Source of the DNA: an uncultured Nitrososphaerota archaeon
GTDB taxonomy: Archaea > Thermoproteota > Nitrososphaeria > Nitrososphaerales > Gagatemarchaeaceae
Reading direction: 5' to 3'
Assembly: GCA_963703285.1 (NCBI GenBank)
Contig: OY969807.1
Span: forward strand, 1,120,001-1,184,000
DNA length: 64,000 nucleotides
Below the pieces are notes generated by a model. The model had not been told where the DNA came from. It was given only the letters and a program-made list of their open reading frames with translations, and searched no databases. Below are positions 47,918-58,310 of the stretch, in pieces; positions within the stretch are counted from its first letter, which is position 1, and the number at the start of each line of letters is the position of its first letter. The position numbers and the translations under genes are program-made.

Positions 47918-48400
47918 CTATCTTCCGGCGAACATGCTGGCACTGCCGATTACAGTTAGAAAGCCGGCGAGGCTGACCCCGATGTCAAAGGGAAGCAGGG
48001 TCCCGCTGGCTATCAGGATGAACCATCCGAGGAGGAATGGTATGATACCGAAGATTCCCACCTTCCTCACGTCTACCGCCGAGTACAACCTCCGTGCGAA
48101 GGTTACGATTAGAATGGCGAAGATTACTCCAAGGACTCCTGCGATAGCATTTCCTATCACAAGATACCCGACGGCGCCCAGAAACGTGATGGCTCCGCCA
48201 ATGAGGGTGAGAGCGTATCCGATTCTTGGTCTTCTCTTCGTCGTTCGCGCGTATGTCTTTGCTTGCGGGGCGCCCGAAGCCGGGGGGCTCGCCGCGACAC
48301 GGGCCCCGCAGTTGGGGCAGAAGTCATTGCCTTCTTCGACCGCGGTACCGCAGTGCGGGCAGTACAAACCAAGCTCGCGCGATTCGTCGGTCCGTTTCAT
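47918..48400 (-). CDS. zinc-ribbon membrane protein
   Basis: YCPHCG..FCPNCG plus several TM helices. Confidence 0.75.
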   Translation of the reverse strand: MKRTDESRELGLYCPHCGTAVEEGNDFCPNCGARVAASPPASGAPQAKTYARTTKRRPRIGYALTLIGGAITFLGAVGYLVIGNAIAGVLGVIFAILIVTFARRLYSAVDVRKVGIFGIIPFLLGWFILIASGTLLPFDIGVSLAGFLTVIGSASMFAGR

Positions 48401-48482
48401 TTAAGGTTCGTCCCGAACTGATTGGCTGTGACAGTCAGGAGGTCCCTGGGTGTCGATGCTAGTTGCAGGCGCGTGGCAAGAG

Positions 48483-49724
48483 TCAGTAGCTTGCGTTCCT
48501 CAGTTCCCCGAAGGGGACGTAGAGCGCGAGAGATACGACCAGCATCGCCAGCCCAACCGCCAGAAAAATCGTCCCGATGGAGATCAGTCCTGCGAGAGCT
48601 CCGAAGACCACGGCCCCAATCGGAGTCGCGGCGCTGAGGAATGACCGAAGGACGGTTCCCGTGCGACCGAGCAGTTCGTTGGGCACCTTCGTCTGCACGA
48701 GCACCCCCAATGGCAGGTTGACGGCGCCGAGGAACGCTCCCAGTGCGAAGAACACCACGAAGGCGACGGGTACCTCTGTCACCAGGCCCGCGGTCGACAC
48801 CAGAGCCCCGACCGCGGCGACCCCGATCAGGAGGACCTTTCCGACATAACCACGGAAGTTGAGTTTCCCAAGGACGCCCGCACCGACGATCGCCCCCAGC
48901 GCGATGGACGAGAGTTCGAGGCCGTAGGCCAGCCCGTCCCCGTGGAGCTGTAGCTTGACGTACGGTGCCAGCACGGCCGATAGCCCGCCCCCGAAGAAAT
49001 TGACGATGAGGCCGAAGACTATCATCTGCCTGAAAAGACGGCTGCTCCTCACGTACGCGAATCCCTCCCTGAAGCTCTTCCAGAACGGCTCCCTCGGCGA
49101 GGACTCTGGGTGCGTGCCGCTGTGGACCCTCCCGTAGGAGCTCGCCACGAGCCCCAGCAGGGCGGCCGCGACGAAGAAGGTGAGGCTGTCGTAGGTTATC
49201 GAACCGGACGCCCCGATCGTCACCAGGACCACGCCTCCGATCGCATAACCCACCAGCTGATTGGCGGAGCTGGTCAGCGAGAGCAGGCCGTTCGCCGCCC
49301 CCAGGCTGCGCCTCTCGACCACGTTGGGTAGGATTGCGGTGAGTGACGACTGGAAGAACACGGCCCCGGTGTAGAGCAGCAGGACCAGAAAGAGGAGGTA
49401 CGGAAAGGCGAGGACGTGCTCCAGATAGAGGATCGAGAGCGCCGCGGTTATCGCTCCCTCGGCGGCGTTGCTCGCAATCATGATGTTCCTCCTGTTGAGC
49501 CTGTCCGAATAGACGCCGGCGATCGGACCGGCGAACACCTGGGGCAGCGCGACAGCCGCCTGGGTGACCCCGACCAGGACGGGCGAACCGGTGGTCTCGA
49601 GGACGAGCCAGAGGAGCGCGACGTCGAATATCGCGTCTCCAGACACCGATACGAGCTGTGAGGACCAGAGCGCACCGAAGGCGCGACCGCGGAGGAGTTC
49701 GATGTAGCTCGGTCGTTCGCCCAC
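48483..49724 (-). CDS. MFS transporter (macrolide-efflux-like)
   Basis: GVYSDRLNRR motif A, ~12 TM. Confidence 0.9.
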   Translation of the reverse strand: MGERPSYIELLRGRAFGALWSSQLVSVSGDAIFDVALLWLVLETTGSPVLVGVTQAAVALPQVFAGPIAGVYSDRLNRRNIMIASNAAEGAITAALSILYLEHVLAFPYLLFLVLLLYTGAVFFQSSLTAILPNVVERRSLGAANGLLSLTSSANQLVGYAIGGVVLVTIGASGSITYDSLTFFVAAALLGLVASSYGRVHSGTHPESSPREPFWKSFREGFAYVRSSRLFRQMIVFGLIVNFFGGGLSAVLAPYVKLQLHGDGLAYGLELSSIALGAIVGAGVLGKLNFRGYVGKVLLIGVAAVGALVSTAGLVTEVPVAFVVFFALGAFLGAVNLPLGVLVQTKVPNELLGRTGTVLRSFLSAATPIGAVVFGALAGLISIGTIFLAVGLAMLVVSLALYVPFGELRNASY

Positions 49725-49782
49725 GAGGGGACGCCTCTTCCTCAGATTTTAAAAGACTGAGCCAGTTACCCGTGCCAGCAGG

Positions 49783-50646
49783 TCACTCGTGGTCCGCCGG
49801 GTTCCGCCAGCCGTGCTCCGGCTGATATCCGAGCACGCGCCTCGCCTTTTCGATCGAGTGCAGGGACTCGTTGGGGCCGAGCTCCTTCCTCAGCGGCACC
49901 CCCGGGAAGACCTCCGCCATGAGCTCCGCGCTGCTCCGGGGCATGACGGTCTCGTCGCTCGCGATGGCGAAGACGTCAGCCCCCCTTATGGGCGCCTCGA
50001 GTGCCCTGCGAACCGCCTGGGCGGCGTCCCGCACGTCGACGTAGCCCCAGAGGTTCCACTTTCGTAGGCGCGCGTCCCCCTGGAACGCGGCGAACTTTGC
50101 GTAGTCCTTGGGGGCCATGATGTTCGAGAACCTGAGCCCGACTATCTTCATGGAGGGCTCCCAGCGGCAGAACTGTTCGGCCATCTCCTCGCAGAGCAGC
50201 TTCGAGAGCGAGTACGCGGTCTCCGGCCTCACCGGGGACTCCTCGTCGATTGGAACGTAGGGAGGCGGCTCGTCGTAGGGGACTCCGGGGATGGAGTCGC
50301 TGGAGGCCCAGACGACGCTCTTGATGCCCAGCCGCCGTGACGCTTCGAAGACGTTGTAGGTGCTCACGATATTGTTGGCGAAGGTGACCGAATCGGGATA
50401 CATCCGCACGCGCATGGCGGCGAGGTGGACAACGCCCACGACGTCCTGAGGCCCGCTCACCGAGGTAGTGAGAGCGCCGACCGTCTGCCCATAGTCATCG
50501 AGGTCGACGATAAGGTCGGGGCAGGGCCTTCCCTCCGGCGCAACCCTGTCGACGCTGACGACGCCGTACCCGTGGGCGAGGAGGTCCCTGACACACACTC
50601 CGCCGAGCTTGCCGCTGCCGCCCGTCACGACCACTTTCTTCGACAA
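49783..50646 (-). CDS. NAD-dependent epimerase/dehydratase
   Basis: TGGSGKLG, HLAA, YSLSK. Confidence 0.9.
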   Translation of the reverse strand: MSKKVVVTGGSGKLGGVCVRDLLAHGYGVVSVDRVAPEGRPCPDLIVDLDDYGQTVGALTTSVSGPQDVVGVVHLAAMRVRMYPDSVTFANNIVSTYNVFEASRRLGIKSVVWASSDSIPGVPYDEPPPYVPIDEESPVRPETAYSLSKLLCEEMAEQFCRWEPSMKIVGLRFSNIMAPKDYAKFAAFQGDARLRKWNLWGYVDVRDAAQAVRRALEAPIRGADVFAIASDETVMPRSSAELMAEVFPGVPLRKELGPNESLHSIEKARRVLGYQPEHGWRNPADHE

Positions 50647-50692
50647 TCCGGGATTGTCGTTCTGTGGCTGCGCTAATATTTATTCCTGAGAG

Positions 50693-51064
50693 ATGGATGT
50701 GGGGGCATCAATGAAGACGGGAGAGACGCGCGTCGTGGCCAGGGTGCAAGGTCCCTCAGGGGATGCCGACGTTGAGATGCTGGCTGACACAGGTTCGACC
50801 TTCACGAAGATAGGCGAATCGCTTGCCAGGAAACTGGGGATCGAGCCCACTGGCTCGGTCGTGGTAGAACTGGCGGATGGGACAGACAGAGAACGTAGGA
50901 TTGCGGAAGCCAAAATCGAGATGACGGGCAACACGGCCACCGTCATGTTACCAATCGGTCCAGATGGGGAAGAGCCTCTGCTTGGCCTGACTACGCTCGA
51001 GAGCCTCCGCCTGAAGGTTAATCCGATCAAACGAAGGCTGGAGCCCGCTAAGCTCATCGAATAA
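50693..51064 (+). CDS. clan AA aspartic protease
   Basis: LADTGS, LADG, LLGLTTLE. Confidence 0.85.
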   Translation: MDVGASMKTGETRVVARVQGPSGDADVEMLADTGSTFTKIGESLARKLGIEPTGSVVVELADGTDRERRIAEAKIEMTGNTATVMLPIGPDGEEPLLGLTTLESLRLKVNPIKRRLEPAKLIE

Positions 51065-51108
51065 GCGTCGACGTCGCAAGCTCGGGCGCGTTTCTATCCG
51101 CTGAAATG

Positions 51109-51912
51109 TCACCTTGCGTCCTTAACCTGTCGGGTTGACAGCGTTACCAGCGGTGCTCCACTCCTCTCCTTCTTCCCGAACCTTGGATACAGCAACTCGA
51201 ACGCACACAGGAAAACGGAGACGGTGAGGAGGAACCAGTTGCTCAGGAGAGAGACGCCGTCGAACGTCAACCCCGACACCAGGTTCACCGCCTGAAGGTC
51301 CATCTGCCCGGGGTCGAAGAGAAGCACGACGACCGCGAGGAAGAGTATGGACGGCAAAGCGAAGATTTTCACCCCCCGCGCGAGGCCCCAAGCAAGGGAC
51401 AGGGCGACCACCGTCAGCCCCCATATCAGGAGGGCGAGCGCCCCGTATCCCACGGCGCCGTTCTGTCCCAAGGCGCTGCCGCCGAAATACCCGAAGACGG
51501 CCAATGGATACTGTGTCAGGTTCCAGCCGTAGATGTCAAGGACGTCCTTCCCCTGTCTGAAGTTGCACAGGACGAGGAGGGCATAGGACAACGTCCCGAG
51601 GGCCGCCAGCGCAGCGGACAGACGGGAGAGTGGAGGCTTGAGGTGCCTCCTCAGGAACGGGGAGTCGAACAGGTAGCCGAACCGGGAGGACTTCAGCACG
51701 ATGGTGGACAGCAGCAACAGCGCGACGATCAGGAGGCCTTCGGCGACCTCGAACTGCGAGGCGGAAGACCACACTAGCTTCCCGCCGAAAGTGTTGGCAA
51801 TCACGCCCATTGGGGGTCCATCATCTCCTAGCCATCCAGACGACAAAGGCTCTTCGCGACTTAGATATGAAAGCATCGAACAGAAGATACTTGCAGCTCC
51901 GCTCTCGCACAT
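51109..51912 (-). CDS. hypothetical membrane protein
   Basis: multiple TM segments; start uncertain. Confidence 0.55.
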   Translation of the reverse strand: MCESGAASIFCSMLSYLSREEPLSSGWLGDDGPPMGVIANTFGGKLVWSSASQFEVAEGLLIVALLLLSTIVLKSSRFGYLFDSPFLRRHLKPPLSRLSAALAALGTLSYALLVLCNFRQGKDVLDIYGWNLTQYPLAVFGYFGGSALGQNGAVGYGALALLIWGLTVVALSLAWGLARGVKIFALPSILFLAVVVLLFDPGQMDLQAVNLVSGLTFDGVSLLSNWFLLTVSVFLCAFELLYPRFGKKERSGAPLVTLSTRQVKDAR

Positions 51913-52054
51913 TGTGCCAGTATGTTAATGCCGGCCTTCGCAACCGGTTGATTGATGAAGAGGGGGAGGAGCCTACGGCGCCCTATCTGCACGGCGCTAG
52001 ACGGTTCCCGGCAAGCTGGCGACCGCGCGGGGGAGCCCACTGTGTGAAGGGGCT

Positions 52055-53146
52055 TTACTCCTCTCTCCATTCGAAGAAACGCACGGCGAGGGCGAAGATG
52101 ACTGCGGAGATGACGACGAGCACGCCGAGGTCGAGCAGCGCCGCGCCGTAGTTCCCGTAGATCATGACGTTCGTCAGTCCGTCTATGACGTAATAGAGCG
52201 GGAGGACGTGGGCGACGGATTGCAGGAATGGCGGCATCGAGGAGACCTGGAAGAATGTCCCAGAGAGGAACATCATCGGGAAGGTGACCAGGTTGCCGAC
52301 GACCGAAGCCGACTCGGGTGATTTGGAGGCTGCCCCCACCAGCATTCCCAGGGAGACGAAGAGCAGGGGGCCCACAACCAGGAACGGCAGGAGGCCCAGA
52401 GAGAGCGTGATGTGCGCGCCAAAGATCAATACTCCCGCGGCGACCATCAGGCAGAAGGAGATCACCGTCATCATGACGTACCACAGCACCTTCGAGAACA
52501 GCCACTCGGTCTTGGTCATCGGTGTCAGCGAGAGGACCTTGAAGATTTTGTCCCGCTTGTAGGTCGAGCTTATGTTGACGAGAGCGAACATGGGGCTCGT
52601 CAGAACCGCGAATCCAATCAGCCCTGGCACGAGGAAGTCGATGTACTTGTAGGAGGGCGAAGCGACGGTCAGCGACTGGAGCCCCAGCACCGCCGTGCCG
52701 TGAGCCCGCGCGAGGTTGAGCGAGTTCAGGACGGAGGCCGCTATCCCGGTCACGACACCGTTTGTGGTAGACGCGGGGTTGCCATAGAGAGTGGCGTTCA
52801 CCGGAATACCCGAGTCGAAGTCGGCCGTGAAGTTGGCCGGGATTAAGATTCCTTCTGAGGCGGAGTGAGATAGGAGATACTGGGAGAAGTTGTCGCCTGC
52901 CGGGACCGGGACGAGCTTTATCGCCGTCGTTCCGTTCAGAGCGCTGATGAATTGGGCGCTCGCCTGGCCCCCGTCCTTGTTCTGGACGTAGACCGTCGTC
53001 GGGTCCCCGCTCCCCGAGAAGATGGCGCCGAAGATGAGGATAAGCACGATGGGGAAGATGAGCGTGAAGAAGGCGCCCTCCTTGCTGCGAACGAACCCCG
53101 TTCCGAATACCCTGAGGTCGGCCAGGGTCCTCCTGATGCTGACCAA
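52055..53146 (-). CDS. ABC-2 type permease
   Basis: YIDFLVPG, PMMFLSGTFF, LPLYY. Confidence 0.9.
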   Translation of the reverse strand: MVSIRRTLADLRVFGTGFVRSKEGAFFTLIFPIVLILIFGAIFSGSGDPTTVYVQNKDGGQASAQFISALNGTTAIKLVPVPAGDNFSQYLLSHSASEGILIPANFTADFDSGIPVNATLYGNPASTTNGVVTGIAASVLNSLNLARAHGTAVLGLQSLTVASPSYKYIDFLVPGLIGFAVLTSPMFALVNISSTYKRDKIFKVLSLTPMTKTEWLFSKVLWYVMMTVISFCLMVAAGVLIFGAHITLSLGLLPFLVVGPLLFVSLGMLVGAASKSPESASVVGNLVTFPMMFLSGTFFQVSSMPPFLQSVAHVLPLYYVIDGLTNVMIYGNYGAALLDLGVLVVISAVIFALAVRFFEWREE

Positions 53147-53152
53147 GGTCGC

Positions 53153-54091
53153 TCAGCTCCCTCCGTGGGCGCCGTCGCCATTATCTGCCGGGGGCTCCCC
53201 GACCATCCTGATGAAGATGTCCTCGAGGCTGTCCCTCTTGGTCGTAAGCTCGGACCAGGCCATCCCCGAATCGGAGATGGCGTCGAGCGCCGTCACGGCG
53301 TCCTCCTTCTGATTCAGGAAGACCGTCAACTTGCCTGAGTAGTACTCGACCCTGAGCTGGGTAGCCCTTCGAAGGTGGTCTGAGAGATCGCTGCCGCAGC
53401 GAATCGTCAGTCTCTCCCCGGATCCATACTTCGAGACTATCTCGTCCAGGGTCCCATGAGCGATGATCTTGCCGCGGTTCATTATCGCGACCCGGTCCGC
53501 CAGCTCCTCCGCCTCTTCGAGGTAGTGGGTGGTCAGCAGCACCCCCCTTCCCTGCTTCCTGAGGTTCCTGATCACCTCCCAGACCGCCCTCCTCGCCTGC
53601 GGGTCCAGGCCCGTCGTCGGCTCGTCCAGGAAGACAAGTTCCGGGTCGTTCACGAGCGAGAGCGCCATCCCCATCTTCTGCTTCTGACCTCCCGAGAGGT
53701 GCATGAAGTAGACGTCGGCCGCCTCTTCGAGTATGACCTCCTTCAGGATCTGGTCCACATCGACCCGCCTCCCGAAGAGGGCTGCGTAGAACCTGATTGC
53801 CTCCCTCGGAGTCGGATAGTCGAGGAACTTGAAACCTTGGGGTATGACCCCAATCTTCTTGTGCAGGTCGTACCCCTTCGCCCACGGGTCGAGGCCCAGG
53901 ACGTTCACGCTGCCGCTTTCCCTATTCCTCAGGCCCTCAAGTATCTCAATCGTCGTCGTCTTTCCCGCGCCGTTGGGGCCCAGGAGCGAGAAGACCTCCC
54001 CTTGTTCGACCGTGAACGAGATTCCGTCGACCGCGTGAAGGCTGCCGTAGGACTTCTGAAGCGATTCGACCTCGATGGCTCTTTGTGACAT
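53153..54091 (-). CDS. ABC transporter ATP-binding protein
   Basis: GPNGAGKTT, LSGGQ, FLDEPT, TTH. Confidence 0.95.
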   Translation of the reverse strand: MSQRAIEVESLQKSYGSLHAVDGISFTVEQGEVFSLLGPNGAGKTTTIEILEGLRNRESGSVNVLGLDPWAKGYDLHKKIGVIPQGFKFLDYPTPREAIRFYAALFGRRVDVDQILKEVILEEAADVYFMHLSGGQKQKMGMALSLVNDPELVFLDEPTTGLDPQARRAVWEVIRNLRKQGRGVLLTTHYLEEAEELADRVAIMNRGKIIAHGTLDEIVSKYGSGERLTIRCGSDLSDHLRRATQLRVEYYSGKLTVFLNQKEDAVTALDAISDSGMAWSELTTKRDSLEDIFIRMVGEPPADNGDGAHGGS

Positions 54092-54109
54092 GTCTCCGTC
54101 ATCAGCCTG

Positions 54110-54143
54110 ACTGACTGGTCAGTATTTATTCCTACTGGTCAGA
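54110..54143. promoter_or_regulatory. probable TetR operator
   Basis: ACTGAC-TG-GTCAGT palindrome at 54110; ACTGGTCAG repeated 20 bp later. Confidence 0.6.
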
Positions 54144-54179
54144 TACATCTTAAATACTCGCGACTTCGGCCCAGGATTG

Positions 54180-54803
54180 ATGCCGAAAGTAGTACCCAAG
54201 TACAAGGATGAGGCCAAGGGCAGGATTCTAGATGCGGCCGCGCAGGTCTTTGCGGAGAAAGGCTTCAGCAGGGCGACGATGGACGACATCGCCAAGAAGA
54301 TCGGGGTCAGCAAGGGGGCGCTCTACCTGTACTTCAAGAGCAAGGAACAGCTGTTCGAGGAGCTGTGTCGGACCGCCACCCGGAATCTTGAGGAGAACCT
54401 GGACTCGGCTTTCATGGGAGCGGACGTCGAGAAGGGTGCCGACGCCTACTTTGACAGGGACATCGGGCTCAGCACGGCCAACGTGACCCTGTGGCTGCAG
54501 ACCCTCGCCGAGGCCAGGAGCAACAGAGTCGTCCAGAAGATGCAGGAAGAAACCTCCGCGCGAATAATCGATGTACTCGCAAACTTCGTCGAAGAGCTGA
54601 AGAAGAGAGGACTCGTGAGACGGGAACTCGATAGCATATCAGTTGCGAAGGTCTTTTCAGCGTTTCACGATGGTGTTCTCGTCAGCATGCTGCAAGGAGC
54701 CACCGTGTCCACGGCGAAGGAGACGTGGAGGGAAGGGTTGCGGTCCTTCATAAATGGGATGGGGGAGGGAACCCATCTAGACGCCCCGGTCTCTTCGAAG
54801 TGA
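54180..54803 (+). CDS. TetR/AcrR family regulator
   Basis: [30 protein letters not shown]. Confidence 0.93.
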   Translation: MPKVVPKYKDEAKGRILDAAAQVFAEKGFSRATMDDIAKKIGVSKGALYLYFKSKEQLFEELCRTATRNLEENLDSAFMGADVEKGADAYFDRDIGLSTANVTLWLQTLAEARSNRVVQKMQEETSARIIDVLANFVEELKKRGLVRRELDSISVAKVFSAFHDGVLVSMLQGATVSTAKETWREGLRSFINGMGEGTHLDAPVSSK

Positions 54804-54896
54804 TTGACCAGCAATGGTGCGCGACTGAGAAGCTCCGCGAACGTTCGCCATCAATACTTGGAATTCTATATATCCGCCATCCTAGGATTAGATGAC

Positions 54897-55238
54897 ATGG
54901 ACAGCCAGACGGCCTGGAAGATAATCGGCGCCAATCTCGATAAGCTCGTCCCGTTGATGTTGACCGTCCAGAAGGGCAGCTCCGTCGACGTCTTCTGCGA
55001 TCTGACCGGGGCAAATCTAGCCTTCTCTAGCCCCTCCGGCCTCGCCATCATCAAACTATGCTCCGTGAGTGCTCCCGACCTGGAGGGGAGCTATGGCGTT
55101 CATCCCCGGGGCAACTCCTTCGTGAACGATGATGGGGAGGAGATACCCCGGGAAAAGCTCGCGGCCTATCTGGTGGACTACATAGTCGGAGCGAAGGATG
55201 GAGGGGCGGAATGGGGCTGGGAATTCAAGACGGGCTAG
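54897..55238 (+). CDS. hypothetical protein
   Basis: TATATA box upstream, ATG at 54897. Confidence 0.5.
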   Translation: MDSQTAWKIIGANLDKLVPLMLTVQKGSSVDVFCDLTGANLAFSSPSGLAIIKLCSVSAPDLEGSYGVHPRGNSFVNDDGEEIPREKLAAYLVDYIVGAKDGGAEWGWEFKTG

Positions 55239-55492
55239 GATGAATGTGGACGACCGACGATAACAAAATCCTGCATTCCACAGCTCGGCGCCCTGCGAAC
55301 CTGAGATGTCGCCCGACGATTTTCGTACTCGCTCGATTGGTGTTGGGCGCGATCGCCGATCTCATCTTCCGGCGTAGGAACGTGGGTTCGGAGTCCGAAC
55401 AACTATCCCATCGGCGTGTTCGATGAGTCCTGCGTGGTGGGAACGACTTGCAGTTTATCGGTACCACGGTCAGCATCATACGCATCGGCGGC

Positions 55493-55774
55493 CTAGAGGC
55501 TGAACCTGAGGAGCACCGCCAGCGCCACGAACTGGGACCCTGCGATCGCCGAGAGGAAGGGCACCGTCTGAGCGCCGAAGAGGGGGGCCATGCTGCCATA
55601 GGCGTAGATCGTCAGCAGGTTCTGCGCAAGGAGGAAGAACGCGAAGACTATCAGCGCGAAGGAAAGCACGGCCCTGCTCCTCGCGGCTATGCGCCCGTAG
55701 AGGAAGACGAGCGCGACGAGCACGGCGCAGTTCATCCCCGAAAATACGAGGGCTACGTCCATCAACAGTTCCAA
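55493..55774 (-). CDS. small 3-TM membrane protein
   Basis: hydrophobic; divergent from ArsR-type gene. Confidence 0.7.
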   Translation of the reverse strand: MELLMDVALVFSGMNCAVLVALVFLYGRIAARSRAVLSFALIVFAFFLLAQNLLTIYAYGSMAPLFGAQTVPFLSAIAGSQFVALAVLLRFSL

Positions 55775-55820
55775 CGAATCTACCGGTTCGCGGCCCGCCT
55801 TTCCCCCTGATGTTTAACCG

Positions 55821-55844
55821 TTTTTCAAGATTGGTGTGGAATTT
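55821..55844 (-). promoter_or_regulatory. candidate regulator site, copy 1
   Basis: minus strand AAATTCCACACCAATCTTGAAAAA resembles 56230-56253. Confidence 0.5.
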
Positions 55845-55887
55845 AGCCTTCAACCGATAAATAGCGTTTGACGCGCCCGTCCGCAGG

Positions 55888-56193
55888 ATGACGGATGACC
55901 CGGAGCTGCGCCGGTTGCTCTGGTTCGTCCTCGGCGCGACGAGGGGAGGGGAGAACAGGGTCAGGATCGTGAAGGCGCTGAGGGAACAGCCGGCGAATAT
56001 CAACCAGCTGTCCACGAGGCTGGGGATGGACTACCGCCTGGTCAACCACCACGTGGAGGTCCTCGACAAGAACTCGCTGCTCAAAGCGTCCGGGGAGCGC
56101 TACGGGCGGATGTACTTCCTCAACCCGTGGCTGGAGTCCCACTTCGAGATATTCGAGGAGATCGTCCGCAAGCTCAAGATGGAGCAGGGCTGA
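55888..56193 (+). CDS. ArsR-type winged-helix regulator
   Basis: TRGGENR..P.NINQLS..L.MDY..V.HH..L..YG.MYF. Confidence 0.88.
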   Translation: MTDDPELRRLLWFVLGATRGGENRVRIVKALREQPANINQLSTRLGMDYRLVNHHVEVLDKNSLLKASGERYGRMYFLNPWLESHFEIFEEIVRKLKMEQG

Positions 56194-56208
56194 GTCTCGG
56201 CCCCTAGG

Positions 56209-56255
56209 AATCCGGAACCAATCTGTAACAGATTCTGCTCCAATCCTGAAAAATC
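56209..56255 (+). promoter_or_regulatory. candidate regulator site, copy 2
   Basis: AGATTCTGCTCCAATCCTGAAAAA plus AATCTG-TAA-CAGATT palindrome at 56220. Confidence 0.5.
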
Positions 56256-56401
56256 GCCTAATAGGCTGAGGCCGCGTCCCGGCCTATGAAAACGACACAG
56301 AGGAACTTATCAGCAACACTCTCAGTCCTACCCATGGCTCCGCCACCCACGCGGGTGGCCCGGGCGTATCCAGGCCTGAACTCAACGGGGGCGGGACGCA
56401 G

Positions 56402-57535
56402 TTGAATGTGAAGACCTTGGCCGCTCTGGGCGGTGTCATATTCCTCCTCGCGCTCTTCTCCGCCGCGGGCGGGGCAGCCGCCGCAAGGCCGGGAGACGTC
56501 TACACGACGGACAACGCGGCAACGGTCAACCACGTCCTGCAGTACCAGACCGGTCCGACCGGGTCGCTCACCCTCGTAGGCACATTCTCGACGCAAGGCG
56601 CAGGGACGGGCAGCGCGCTGGCCAGCCAAGACGCCGTGGTGCTGACCCCGAACGGGCAGTGGCTCCTGACGGTAGACGCCGGCAGCGACCAGATCACCTC
56701 CTTCCAGGTCCACGCCGACGGAGGCCCCACCTTCGCCGACATCGTCGGCTCTCAGGGGACGGCCCCGATCTCGCTGGCGGTGAGCGCGCAGTACGGGCCC
56801 AACGCAGCCAACGGACCCAGCTATCTCGTCTACGTCCTGGACAACGGCACTTCGACGGTCCCCGGGAACATCGCTGGCTTCACCCTGAACGGGCAGGGCC
56901 AGCTGACCTACATCTCCGGCTCCACCCAGCCCCTCAGCGGCAAGCCCAACACCTCCCCTGAACAGATAGGGTTCAGCACGGACGGGAACGTGCTCGTCGT
57001 CACAGAGAAGGCGGCGGGCGTGATCGACACCTACACGGTCAGCAGAGGCGGCGTTGCGACTCCGTCCGCGGTGGTGCCCTCGAACGGCGAGGGACCCTAC
57101 GGCTTCGTCTTCACGCCCCAGGGCTACCTTCTCGTGACCGAGGCGGCGACGGGAACCGTCTCATCATACGCGGTCTCCGACACCGGAATCCTCAGGACCC
57201 TCAGCGGCGCAATCCCTGACTTCGGGCTCGCGCCCTGCTGGATCGCCATACCCCACGATGGGACCTACGCATACACGAGCAACGCTCACGGGGGGACCAT
57301 CTCGGGCTACTCGGTCTCCGGCACGGGAACCCTCAGCCTCTTCAGCTCGGTCGCAGCCAAGACCTCCATACCCACCCTCGACCTGGCGTTCAGCGGCAAC
57401 AACCAGTACCTGTACGCCCTGAACGGCGGCGAGATCACGAGCTTCCAGGTCTATCCGGGCGGCAGCATCTACCAGGTCTCGACAACGGCAGCGGGCGGAC
57501 TACCTGCATCTGCAACTGGCCTCGCGGCCAGTTGA
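56402..57535 (+). CDS. secreted beta-propeller, lactonase (6-phosphogluconolactonase-like) family
   Basis: signal peptide; repeated propeller blades, APCWI..DG.YAYTSN. Confidence 0.8.
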   Translation: MNVKTLAALGGVIFLLALFSAAGGAAAARPGDVYTTDNAATVNHVLQYQTGPTGSLTLVGTFSTQGAGTGSALASQDAVVLTPNGQWLLTVDAGSDQITSFQVHADGGPTFADIVGSQGTAPISLAVSAQYGPNAANGPSYLVYVLDNGTSTVPGNIAGFTLNGQGQLTYISGSTQPLSGKPNTSPEQIGFSTDGNVLVVTEKAAGVIDTYTVSRGGVATPSAVVPSNGEGPYGFVFTPQGYLLVTEAATGTVSSYAVSDTGILRTLSGAIPDFGLAPCWIAIPHDGTYAYTSNAHGGTISGYSVSGTGTLSLFSSVAAKTSIPTLDLAFSGNNQYLYALNGGEITSFQVYPGGSIYQVSTTAAGGLPASATGLAAS

Positions 57536-57692
57536 GGGTAGTCCTCCTCCCTCCTTTTCTTTTCTCAACGGAAAGGCTACTCTGCATCCCGTCGCGATTC
57601 ACCCTCGGCCGGAGCGGGACCGGATTCTCGGGCCGACAGGTTCGGCAACCTGCAGGTTTAACTGCTCCCACCCTCTGCTACCGCTAGCGGGA

Positions 57693-58274
57693 TTGACTCC
57701 TTCGGAGCCTCCTCCCAGGAGGCCGATGAACAGGCGGCTCGGACTGCTCCTGATGGTGCTGGTCGCAGTGCTCCTCGTGGCGGTCTTCGCGCAGCAGGCG
57801 GTAAGCCCTCCGGCCTGGGCGTTCAGCGGAGCCTATGCGGATTATTCCGGGAACGGCTTCAACACCAATCTCGGCGGGCCCGAATACCTTACCGGGATCT
57901 ACGTCTACAACTTGAACCTCACCGTGCTCTCGACAAACTCGTCGGCGGCGCAGGTTCGCATCTCCTTCTCCGGGGAGATAGGTGAGCTGGCGTACGCGAA
58001 CTCGTCGACAGCCTGGGTCCGGTTCGGGACGGACGACCTGATCAGGGCCCTCGGGGGGAACGGCACCTACAGCACGACCGCGGGAATCGTAGAGATCGAC
58101 AACGCACCCACCTCCGTCGTCGAATACGTCTTCAGAGGTCCAGGCCCGGAAATCTACACTATCTACGCAGGCAGCTACGGTGGCTTCCCGATCGGCACGA
58201 ACGCCGAATACGGCGGAGGAGTCTCTGTCTCTGCGTACCTTGTCAGGACGAACATCCCTGGACTTTCGACGTAG
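57693..58274 (+). CDS. putative secreted/membrane-anchored protein
   Basis: N-terminal TM, PAWAFSGAYADY, LVRTNIP. Confidence 0.6.
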   Translation: MTPSEPPPRRPMNRRLGLLLMVLVAVLLVAVFAQQAVSPPAWAFSGAYADYSGNGFNTNLGGPEYLTGIYVYNLNLTVLSTNSSAAQVRISFSGEIGELAYANSSTAWVRFGTDDLIRALGGNGTYSTTAGIVEIDNAPTSVVEYVFRGPGPEIYTIYAGSYGGFPIGTNAEYGGGVSVSAYLVRTNIPGLST

Positions 58275-58310
58275 GGGACCCGGGGTCGAGCGTCCTATCC
58301 GCGCTGGACT

